DNA of 63,408 nucleotides, filler included, from Pirum gemmata (Eukaryota), in the NCBI GenBank assembly GCA_002812295.1. It is 27 parts of 27 records of this genome, joined end to end, with 100 filler letters (N's around TTAATTAATTAA, not from the genome) between each part and the next. Parts side by side here need not be neighbours in the genome. Positions count along the whole stretch, not along the records: positions 51,673 to 53,722 come from PDIN01008546.1; positions 53,823 to 56,788 come from PDIN01008547.1; positions 56,889 to 58,983 come from PDIN01008548.1; positions 59,084 to 61,197 come from PDIN01008549.1; positions 61,298 to 63,408 come from PDIN01008550.1; 22 more parts are not named here. One strand, 5' to 3'. Position 1 is the first letter of the stretch, and each line of letters starts with the position of its first letter. The translations under genes were made by a program, and so were the position numbers. This document shows positions 53,360-63,408 of the stretch, piece after piece. The notes below the pieces were generated by a model. That model ran no database searches and had not been told where the DNA came from. It saw only the letters and a list, made by a program, of their open reading frames with translations.

Positions 53360-53677
53360 TAATCGGTACCATGGATTGTTGAGCAGTTTGTTTTCGTACT
53401 CTTATATGGATGTACAAAGTTTTGGCATTTTTTACATTTGTGATACCCTGTGTTCTTACCACAGACAACGCAGGGTTAGGGTTAGGGTCATGCAGATGTT
53501 CTTTTCAAGCATACTATAAACGCTTTTATACTTATTTGCCGGTTGAGATTCGGTTACTGGAACCGCTGATCTTTTAATAACACAAGTGTTACGCACTTTT
53601 TCATGCTTAGGGTTAACAACACCACAAACTGATTTGCTTTTAATACAGTTTTCATATTTTACCTGTTCACTCACCAA
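53360..53677 (-). pseudogene. Cys/His zinc-finger coding fragment frameshifted by a 22-nt telomeric-repeat insertion
   Basis: Removing 53470-53491 gives the continuous frame ...YSMLEKNICVVCGKNTGYHKCKKCQNFVHPYKSTKTNCSTIHGTD (CxxC-x6-H-x-CxxC-x4-H). Confidence 0.65.
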
Positions 53678-53687
53678 ATAATAAAAA

Positions 53688-53722
<35 letters not shown>

Positions 53723-53846
53723 NNNNNNNNNNNNNNNNNNNNNNNNNNNNNNNNNNNNNNNNNNNNTTAATTAATTAANNNNNNNNNNNNNNNNNNNNNN
53801 NNNNNNNNNNNNNNNNNNNNNNAAAAAAAATTAAAAAAAAAATATG

Positions 53847-53985
53847 AATCATCATAGAAAATTTTATTTACTACTCTAGTGGTGCTCGAGCTCATAATTT
53901 TTTTTCATTTTTTTTTTATGGGGTAATATGATTCATATCATCATAAAAAATTTTATTTACTACTCTAGTGGTGCTCGAGCTCATA
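53847..53985 (+). repeat. Direct duplication of ~50 bp (ATCATCATA.AAAATTTTATTTACTACTCTAGTGGTGCTCGAGCTCATA)
   Basis: Two copies about 90 bp apart. Confidence 0.85.
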
Positions 53986-55235
53986 CTGCTATAATATATT
54001 ATTTTTTATTTATACAATGTAAATATACACCAGCTGGTATACACCCATATATATATTACATAATGATAAAACAATGATACTTATTATATATAATATATGT
54101 ATACATATATAATATATAATATATATCATATTGAAATTTAAAGAAAAAATATAACTAACAATGTTAATTTTTCTTTTATTAAAAAAATACTACATAGCAT
54201 GAAGAAAATGAAAACCAATAATAATATTAATAGATTATCAAAATTAAACCGAAAACTCGAATTTCTGCTGTCAAAAAAAGCCAAAATTCAGCTCAGTTCG
54301 AAAAATATTTTTTTTCTTCGTATTTTTCGGGTTTATTAATAAATAAATAATTTGAATACTTAATTTTAAGCTTGAACATTTCGAACTTATTAATTAATAC
54401 ATAGACTCAAAAATCTCGATTTTTAAACAGAGCAGACCTGTAGATTCTGTAGACAGTAAAATTTCGTCTATCTATATATGACAGATTAAAAATAGTTAGT
54501 GCATTTTTACTAATTAATTTTTTTTGACTGACCACAGTTTTTTTTTTGATCGATTTTTTTTCACTTTCGAACATGTAACTTTTTTNNNNNNNNNNNNNNN
54601 NNNNNNNNNNNNNNNNNNNNNNNNNNNNNNNNNNNNNNNNNNNNNNNNNNNNNNNNNNNNNNNNNNNNNNGTGTGTGTGTGTGTGTGTGTGTGTGTGTGG
54701 AAAAAGCAATGGGTATCCTAACTACAGTTTTTTTTTATAATTTTTATTTTATAGTGTATTATGTATAATTCAAAATTGGAAAATTATTGAAATATCACTT
54801 ATTTATTATTACTTACGGTTGTTGTTTATGTTTTATGACAATAATATACAAATAATAAAAATGATAATTTAGGTAATATTTGCACTGGTACTAGTAAAAA
54901 TAATATAAATATTAATACTAACAATAATACTAACAATAATACTAACAAAAATACTAACAATAATACTAACAATAATACTAACAATAATACTATATATAGC
55001 TATCACTAACAGTAACGAGAACATAAGAATTAACAATGATAATGCTAACACTAATATTAACAATAATGCAATAATTAACATTTCATTTCGATTAAATCTT
55101 TGTTGCTCAAATCAACAAGAGGCATAGTATTAGCAAAATTAATTTTCAAACTTTTAATTAATTATTGTTTATTGTGCGATATTATATATTATGTAGATTG
55201 ATACTTATGATCATTTACTTGGTTGGGGAGTTGGG

Positions 55236-55510
55236 GTTAGGGTTAGGGTTAAGGTTAAGGTTTTAAAGGTCAGGGTTAAAGTTAGGGTTTTAAGAATTAG
55301 GGTTAGAATTAGGGTTAATTAAGCGTTAGGGTTACGGTTACGGTTACGGTTACGGTTACGGTTATGGTTATGGTTACGGTTACGGTTACGGTTACGGTTA
55401 CGGTTACGGTTACGGTTACGGTTACGGTTACGGCTACGGCTACGGTTATGGTTATGGCTACGGCTACGGTTATGGTTATGGTTAGGGTTACGGTTATGGT
55501 TAGGGTTACC
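55236..55510 (+). repeat. TTAGGG tract grading into (GGTTAC)n, (GGTTAT)n and (GGCTAC)n hexamers
   Basis: Read directly from the sequence. Confidence 0.92.
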
Positions 55511-56201
55511 GTTTACCTTTGCTATCGCAATAACTTTGATGTTTTACAATTAGATTAACTCAAGGATTGGGTTTTCGTGTTAATTAATTTGATAGTTATG
55601 GTATATTTAGATTGCAACGCTTAATTAAGTAGTTAGTTCGATTGCAATATTTGGGGTATATTATATTAGGCTAATCATTAATGTTTTAATTAATAACTAA
55701 TAAAAATAATAAAATAATCAAATAAAAAAAAATTATTATTAATATCTTTTTATTAAATTTTGAATAATGATCATTATTAAAATTTGTAAGCGGATTTTAT
55801 TATAATGATAATGATACTGATAATGTTTTAATGTTAATGTTAATGTTAAAATGGTAATGATAATGACAATGATAATTATAATTATAATGTTAATGTTTAT
55901 GTTATTGATAAATGATGATGATGATGTGATGTTGTTGTTGTTAATGTTACTGTTATTATTATTACTGTTGTTGTTATTGATTAGGATGAAGTTAATTAAG
56001 GTAATGAATGAATGAATGAAAAAAACAAAAAAAAAAAAAATTTAATAAAATAAATAAAATGATAAATTTCGTTAAAAAAATAAATAAAACAAAAGCAAAA
56101 AAAATATACGCTATATAAATAGGAAATAAATAATAATATTCAAGTCATATTATAGTATATATATAGTATATAAATTGTTGTTTCTGTGAATTCCATTTTT
56201 T

Positions 56202-56264
<63 letters not shown>

Positions 56265-56937
56265 TTTTTTGACCAAATAAAATACAGTAGGTAAGTAAGT
56301 GGCTGTGAATCCGGAAAATATTCGCATCCGAAATCCGAGATCCGACAGTGATCCGACCCGGGTTTCTCATCGGATCCGTCCGAATTCTTTTAATTTTTTT
56401 TCGGATCCCGAATTTTTGCTTTGTTCGAAACCGGAAATTAATGATGTTTTATGACGTCGTAATTAACACTGATGACGTCATAATGAACACTTATGACGTC
56501 ATAATTAACACTTATTGAATGTTTTGACGATTATGACGTCATAATTGACTGTTTATGTATGTACGTATAATATTATGATATATCGATATCAATATATCGA
56601 TTTAAAGTTAGCATTTATTACAATTATCATGTATTATGTTTTTAACACAGAATGTATACACTTAAATTTATATATATGGTTCGAATTGATGTTTTAATCT
56701 CTAGCCAAATCGACCAATAGTGAGTCATAACTTTTCCCAAAAATTATCTCTGAATCATCAGGTTTACTTTGAAAAGAACTTAAAACTANNNNNNNNNNNN
56801 NNNNNNNNNNNNNNNNNNNNNNNNNNNNNNNNTTAATTAATTAANNNNNNNNNNNNNNNNNNNNNNNNNNNNNNNNNNNNNNNNNNNNATAATAATAATA
56901 ATAATAATCATAATCATAATCATAATCATAATCATCT

Positions 56938-57100
56938 ATAAAGGATGTCACCTAATCTTACTTATGGCTCTTTATCCAAAACACTTTTGGTTTAAAGTTT
57001 AAAGTTCATTTTAATTAATAATTAATTACTGCCTAAAACAGTTTTAAAAGTTACACTTTCGAGCAATGACTTCTATCAAAGAATAAGTGACGTCCTTTAT
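56938..57100 (+). mobile_element. MITE family D, Kolobok-like termini, ~150-160 bp. Copies at 44513-44661 and 62090-62232
   Basis: TIR ATAAAGGATGTCAC...GTGACGTCCTTTAT; interior TCCAAAACACTTTTGG..CACTTTCGAGCAATGACTT conserved in all three. Confidence 0.75.
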
Positions 57101-57791
57101 GAATGTTGGTTTTTTCAAGGACTTCAAAAAAGTCTCTACTAGGTCTACGATAATAATTTATAATAATTTATAATAATTTATTTAATTAAATATATTAATT
57201 AACAACAGTAATAATAATACTTTATAATAATAATAATAATGATAATAATAATTTATAATAATTTATAGTAATTTATAATAATAACAACAGTAATAATAAT
57301 AATAATAATAATAATACTTTATCGATATAAATAAATAATAATATGATAATAATAGCAAAAAAAAGTGCTTGGTTTTTTCAAAGACTTGCTCCCTACTAGA
57401 CTACTACGATATGTCTGTGTACGATATGTCATATCGTGCTTTTCAGTTATTTTGTGTATCAATTTAAATATTATAAGCAACCAAATAAATATTCGGAGTG
57501 ACAAAATAAAATGAAAATCACAATACTATCACCAGACTATCACCCTATCACCAGATACTATCACAATACTAGCTAGCATAATAATTATTATCATAGCTAT
57601 CAATGCTAGTCTACTCTACTAGCTACTAGCTAACTAGATTTAGGTTCTTTATTTTTTTTTACCAAAAAAGGTTATTTTTGGAGATAAAGATAAATGACTT
57701 TCAAGAAAAAAAAAAACAGAATAAAAATAACTATAAAAATGCTGCAAAATAGTTGCAAAATGTAAATAAAAAATACCAATTCATTTTTTTA

Positions 57792-58173
57792 TGGAGCGTT
57801 CAAATACTACGTAACGCTTACGGGTAGGTAGGGGGGGGGTAGAATTTTGTGACCAAAGTGTGATTTTCGAAATGTTACGTCACTCAAAAAAAAAATATAT
57901 CNNNNNNNNNNNNNNNNNNNNNNNNNNNNNNNNNNNNNNNNNNNNNNNNNNNNNNNNNNNNNNNNNNNNNNNNNNNNNNNNNNNNNNNNNNNNNNNNNNN
58001 NNNNNNNNNNNNNNNNNNNNNNNNTTTTGAGTATACTAATTAGGGTACTATTTTTTTAAAACGTTACGTCATTATGGGTAGGTCATTTTTCTCGATGTTA
58101 CGATTGTGTGACATTTGAGTAGGTGGGTAGGTTTTTGCAGGAAATTAGCGGTACGTACTATTTGAACGCTCCC
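57792..58173 (+). mobile_element. Second MITE with family-A TIRs but a different interior (contains an assembly gap)
   Basis: TTA|TGGAGCGTTCAAATACTACGTAACGCT ... AGCGGTACGTACTATTTGAACGCTCCC|TTA; a TTA duplication fits PIF/Harbinger. Confidence 0.78.
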
Positions 58174-58445
58174 TTATATATATAATAATTTAATTTGGGA
58201 CTGAGAACATGTAACATAAAATGACTATAAAATGACTAATATGATAAAAATTCATAAAATACCTAAGCACTTAGACCCCGGAGTGACCCCCAATCTACGT
58301 AGCGTGATCTAACTGTGAGACCCCAGTCTAGCTAGAGTCTAACTAGTGTGATCTAACTGTGAGAACTTGAGACTTGAGAAGGGTGACTGAAGGGTGTAGC
58401 TACTAATTGGAGTAGACTAGACCCCAGTCTAATAATATATATATT

Positions 58446-58480
<35 letters not shown>

Positions 58481-59083
58481 GTAAACAAGATAAAAAATGA
58501 AAAAACCTGAAAGTGAAAACAAGCAAAAAAACATTGAAAAAACAATATCATAACAAAAATAAAAAAAAATAAAATTTACTATTTATTTAACCTAAAATTC
58601 ATGTGCATATTTATTGAAGTATATTCTAGGAAGTATATTTATGATAATAGTTTATTGATTAAAAAACCACCACCATCATCACAACAATAGCGACAACCAC
58701 CACCACCACCACCATCACCACCACAGACAAAAACGTCTTTTCAATTTTTTATTTTTCATTTTTTAAAAAAATAGAAAAAGATCTATTACTTTCCCTTTTA
58801 AGAAGTTCTGTAAGTTACTAGCAAGCTCAAATATTAAGTTATTACACTTTTATTAATATTAAAATAACAAAATTGAAATAGTAATACAACAACATAATAA
58901 AACAATAATGAAATGATGCGTTAGTATTATTATTATTATTATCATTATTATTATTATTATTGTCATTATTATTATTATTATTANNNNNNNNNNNNNNNNN
59001 NNNNNNNNNNNNNNNNNNNNNNNNNNNTTAATTAATTAANNNNNNNNNNNNNNNNNNNNNNNNNNNNNNNNNNNNNNNNNNNN

Positions 59084-59237
59084 TAGTAGTCTCAATAGTA
59101 GTCGCAATGTCTTTTAAAAGCTGTACATCCTCATTATCAATCGAATTTCTTCGCAAATTCAATTTGTTTAGATTCAATTTGTTTAGACTTTCATTGTCTT
59201 TTAAAGCCTTCATGAGCTGCTTCGCTCCATTTCCACT
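59084..59237 (-). pseudogene. Non-identical duplicate of the 3' end of the adjacent LRR gene
   Basis: GNGAKQLMKALKDNESLNKLNLNKLNLRRNSIDNEDVQLLKDIATTIETT; has 12 nt more than the full gene. Confidence 0.8.
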
Positions 59238-59278
59238 AACTTAGAGAATACTAATCAGCTACCTTAGATATATAATAC

Positions 59279-59341
<63 letters not shown>

Positions 59342-59459
59342 ATGATTAGAATTAACACTTGCTTATTATTGGCCAAATGTTTATATCTAATCATATTGAC
59401 GTCCTATTTGTTATTTTGGGATTGAAGATAGTTAGGGTTTCCTGGTGGACCCTATAACT

Positions 59460-59519
<60 letters not shown>

Positions 59520-59793
59520 NNNNNNNNNNNNNNNNNNNNNNNNNNNNNNNNNNNNNNNNNNNNNNNNNNNNNNNNNNNNNNNNNNNNNNNNNNNNNNNNN
59601 NNNNNNNNNNNNNNNNNNNNNNNNNNNNNNNNNNNNNNNNNNTTATTATTATTATTTATTAATTTATTATTTATTTATTATTTATTTTAATCATAAAAAG
59701 TTAAAAGCAAAAATTTACATAAAAACAATCTAATTATGGATTTAAACAACTACTTATATATGTAATTTCCCATATAAGCTTAAAATAAGAATA

Positions 59794-61155
59794 TTAGAAT
59801 TTAATAGTAGTCTCAATAGTAGTCGCAATGTCTTTTAAAAGCTGTACATCCTCATTATCAATCGAATTTTCTCGCAAATTCAATTTGTTTAGATTCAATT
59901 TGTTTAGACTTTCATTGTCTTTTAAAGCCTTCGCTCCATTTCCATTAATAAGATTAAGTGACAAATTCAAGGTGGTTAGACTTTTATTGTCTTTTAAAGC
60001 CTCCACAATCTGCATTACACTAGTATAAATATAATTCCACGACAAATTCAAGTTATTTAGCCTTTCATTGTCTTTTAAAATTTCCTTGAGTAAATTTACC
60101 CCCCCTCCCCTAATTTCGTTCCTCGACAAATTCAAGGTGGTTAGACTTTTATTGTGTTTTAAAGCCTCTGCAAAAAACCCTGCCCCTTCTTCCTTAATTT
60201 CGTTCCACGAAAAATTTAAGGTGGTTAGACTTGAATTGTGTTTTAAAGCCTCTGCAAGCTGCTTTGTCCCTTCTTTAATTCTGTTATTTCGCAAATTTAA
60301 GGTGGTTAGACTTGAATTGTGTTTTAAAGCCTCTGCGAGATGTTTTGACCCTTCTGCCCTAATGTGGTTATACGACAAATTTAAAGTGGTTAGACTTGAA
60401 TTGTGTTTTAAAGCCTCTGCGAAAAACCCTTCCTTAATTTTGTTACATTGCAAATTTAAGTCGGTTAAGCTTTTATTTTGTATTAAAGCCTCTATGAGCT
60501 GCTTTGCCCCTTCTGCCATAATTTGGTTATTTTCCAAATTTAAGCCGGTTAGACTTTTATTATGTTTTAAAGCCTCTGCTAAAAACCCAGCCCCTTCTAC
60601 CTTAATTTGGTTAAACGACAAATTTAAGGTGGTTAGACTTGAATTGTGTTTTAAAGCCTCAGCGAGCTGCTTTGCCCCTTCTGCCATAATTTGGTTATTT
60701 TTCAAATTTAAGCCGGTTAGACTTTTATTATGTTTTAAAGCCTCTGCTAAAAACCCAGCCCCTTCTACCTTAATTTGGTTAAACGACAAATTTAAGGTGG
60801 TTAGACTTGAATTGTGTTTTAAAGCCTCAGCGAGCTGCTTTGCCCCTTCTGCCATAATTTGGTTATTTTCCAAATTTAAGCCGGTTAGACTTTTATTATG
60901 TTTTAAAGCCTCTGTGAGTCGCACTAACCCTTCATCCCTGATATTTTTTTTACACAAATTCAAGGTGATTGTATTGTCTTTTAAATCAATATTATTATTA
61001 TTATTATTTGGTGGTGTTGGTGTTTCTAACTTGATTCTTTTATTATTACTATCAACACTATCACTATTATTACTATTATTATTACGAATTTGTTGTTGAT
61101 GTTGTTCTGACTCTTCTTCAGAATCAGACATATCTGCAAACATATTTTGTACCAT
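59794..61155 (-). CDS. Ribonuclease-inhibitor/NLRC3-like LRR-only protein (about 13 repeats of 28 aa), intronless
   Basis: Repeats of LAEALKHNxSLTxLNLxxNxIxxEGA; near-identical 168-nt double units at ~60540-60880. Confidence 0.93.
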   Translation of the reverse strand: MVQNMFADMSDSEEESEQHQQQIRNNNSNNSDSVDSNNKRIKLETPTPPNNNNNNIDLKDNTITLNLCKKNIRDEGLVRLTEALKHNKSLTGLNLENNQIMAEGAKQLAEALKHNSSLTTLNLSFNQIKVEGAGFLAEALKHNKSLTGLNLKNNQIMAEGAKQLAEALKHNSSLTTLNLSFNQIKVEGAGFLAEALKHNKSLTGLNLENNQIMAEGAKQLIEALIQNKSLTDLNLQCNKIKEGFFAEALKHNSSLTTLNLSYNHIRAEGSKHLAEALKHNSSLTTLNLRNNRIKEGTKQLAEALKHNSSLTTLNFSWNEIKEEGAGFFAEALKHNKSLTTLNLSRNEIRGGGVNLLKEILKDNERLNNLNLSWNYIYTSVMQIVEALKDNKSLTTLNLSLNLINGNGAKALKDNESLNKLNLNKLNLRENSIDNEDVQLLKDIATTIETTIKF

Positions 61156-61540
61156 ATTTTGTTTGATAACAAAAAAATAATAAAAATAAAAATAAAANNN
61201 NNNNNNNNNNNNNNNNNNNNNNNNNNNNNNNNNNNNNNNNNTTAATTAATTAANNNNNNNNNNNNNNNNNNNNNNNNNNNNNNNNNNNNNNNNNNNNATT
61301 ATTATTATTATTGATTATATGGTTATGGTTATGGTATGGTTATGATTATGGCTATGGTCATGGTCATATTTAATTGGTTAATTAGTTAATTAATTATATA
61401 CAATTCAGAATCTTAAAATCTTCACAACTCTAAAAACTGATTGTATTAATACAAGTCTATGGTAATATTAATAGTTAATTTTTATTGCCATTATTATTTT
61501 TGTTGTTATCGTGGTAATATAGTAATAATAATAATAATAA

Positions 61541-61583
<43 letters not shown>

Positions 61584-61777
61584 TGTATACTTAATATACT
61601 TAGTAGTAGAAGTAGAAGTAGAAGTAGAAGTAGAAGTAGTAGTAGAAGTAGAAGTGGAAGTAGAAGTGGAAGTAGTAGTAGTAGTAGTAGTTATAGTAGT
61701 AGAAGTAGAAGTGGGAGTATTATTATATTAGTAGTATCGGTAGTAGTATCGTTTGATAGTATCATAGTAGAGGTCTC

Positions 61778-61851
<74 letters not shown>

Positions 61852-61970
61852 NNNNNNNNNNNNNNNNNNNNNNNNNNNNNNNNNNNNNNNNNNNNNNNNN
61901 NNNNNNNNNNNNNNNNNNNNNNNNNNNNNNNNNNNNNNNNNNNNNNNNNNNNNNNNNNNNNNNNNNNNNN

Positions 61971-62041
<71 letters not shown>

Positions 62042-62429
62042 TTAATAGTAGTAATATTAATAGTAGTAGTAGTAGAATCATCCTGTAGAATCATCTTACC
62101 CATGCTTCTTTGTCCAAAACACTTTTGGTCATAATTTTAAAGTTCATTTTAATAATTAATTACTGCCTAAAACAGTTTAAGTCACACTTTTCGAGCAATG
62201 ACTTTTATCAAAGAATAAGTGACATTCTTTATCATGGTACTGTGGTTTTCGTTTATTTTCTCAATCCGAATATTTATTTGGTTGGTTATAGTATTTAAAT
62301 TGACATTTTTAAATGAATAAATAAATATTAAAATATACCAAATAAAATAAAATGGATTTATGTTGTATTTATTTGGTACTATTTATTTTATATTTTATAA
62401 TGACAAAACAAAAGCATTAAATTTTTTTT

Positions 62430-62506
62430 AACCCTAACCCTAACCCTAACCCTAACCCTAACCCTAACCCTAACCCTAACCCTAACCGTAACCCTAACCC
62501 TAACCC
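62430..62506 (+). repeat. Interstitial (CCCTAA)n; similar tracts at 5934-5995, 32456-32506, 50827-50878, 63023-63083
   Basis: Read directly from the sequence. Confidence 0.95.
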
Positions 62507-63408
62507 TTTTAAAAAAAAAAATAAAAAAAAAAAAATAAGATATCATCTTATAACTATATTTAGGTATATTATCACCTTTTATAGTCTATTATAGATGTTT
62601 GAAAATATTCGAACGAAATATTCGAACCGAATCTTTTTGTAGCATTGATGACGTCATAATAATATATTTTTATGTTTTTTTTTAAGTTTTTGCCAACCAA
62701 AAAACAGAATTTCCCTCTCAAAATTAAAATCAAATCGAGACTAGTTCGAAACTTTCTAAATTTTTCGATCTAATTTTAAATATTCACTCACATTTCGATT
62801 TCAAAAATTCTTACTTAGAAATTTCATTAAAAAAAACATGAAACTCGAAAAAAAAATATCATTTCGAAATTATCGATATTTAATAATTATAATCGAGCTG
62901 TTTGATTCGATTATATATTTCCTCTGTTAATATGATAGAAAAAATAAATCAGTTATAACGTCATTTATTACGTCATTGACTTCTATTATTTAGCATTCTT
63001 AGGTCATAACCCCAACCCCAACCGTTAGGGTTAGGGGTTAGGGGGTGGGGTCGGAAGGGGGGTTAGGAACTTAGGGTTAGGTTACTAAGGAGTGGGCGAA
63101 TGGTATCGGAAAAGTAAAATATACCAAAGGGAGCGTTCGAAACTTCGAATACTACGTTACGCCAATTTCCGGTCAAATACAACTTCAAAAACCCCTTGTC
63201 TACCTACCCCTCGACGTTGATTTCCAGTCAAACACCACCTACCTACCTACCCCTTAACGTAAGTCACGTGACGTATTATTTGAGTTATGATACAAAAAAA
63301 AGACCTACGATTAGCTAATACTAAATTCTTTTTTTTTGATTTTTTTTTTCATTGGTTACTTAACAAAATCAAATCTATCGGCTCGGGGGGGTTTTTTTTT
63401 TTCGAAAG

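Noticed and set aside
60068..61099. 343-aa antisense ORF
   Set aside because: Antisense shadow of the repetitive LRR gene

Overview
This window is not one locus. It is a concatenation of 27 small unplaced contigs or scaffolds (mostly ~2.1 kb, a few 3-4 kb), joined by 26 artificial N44-TTAATTAATTAA-N44 linkers, so adjacency across a linker carries no meaning. The DNA comes from a very AT-rich, microsatellite-rich eukaryote with GT-AG introns, the standard genetic code, poly-N/Q/D proteins and TTAGGG repeats. A protist such as an ichthyosporean is a plausible source, but that is inference only. Recognisable genes and fragments: a four-exon divergent PARG-like gene, methionine synthase reductase (MTRR) exons, a secreted GDSL/SGNH hydrolase, a DUF1499 protein, a J-domain protein, an RI/NLRC3-like LRR protein, a CRIB-motif protein, an acidic membrane protein, a secreted helical protein, a FYVE/AN1-like exon, a degenerate XPG/FEN1-like fragment that looks viral, three L1/Tx1-type retrotransposon pieces and a tRNA-Ala(AGC). 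At least six MITE families and several ~140-160 bp satellites are also present. The strongest unexplained signal is about 20 interstitial TTAGGG tracts. One is a 22-nt insertion with a 4-bp duplication that frameshifts a zinc-finger ORF. One replaces sequence present in sister copies of a repeat. One joins two retrotransposon copies head to tail. Together they suggest frequent telomerase-type repair of breaks and/or a telomere-repeat-targeting retroelement. All protein family calls are by-eye motif recognition; no database search was run.
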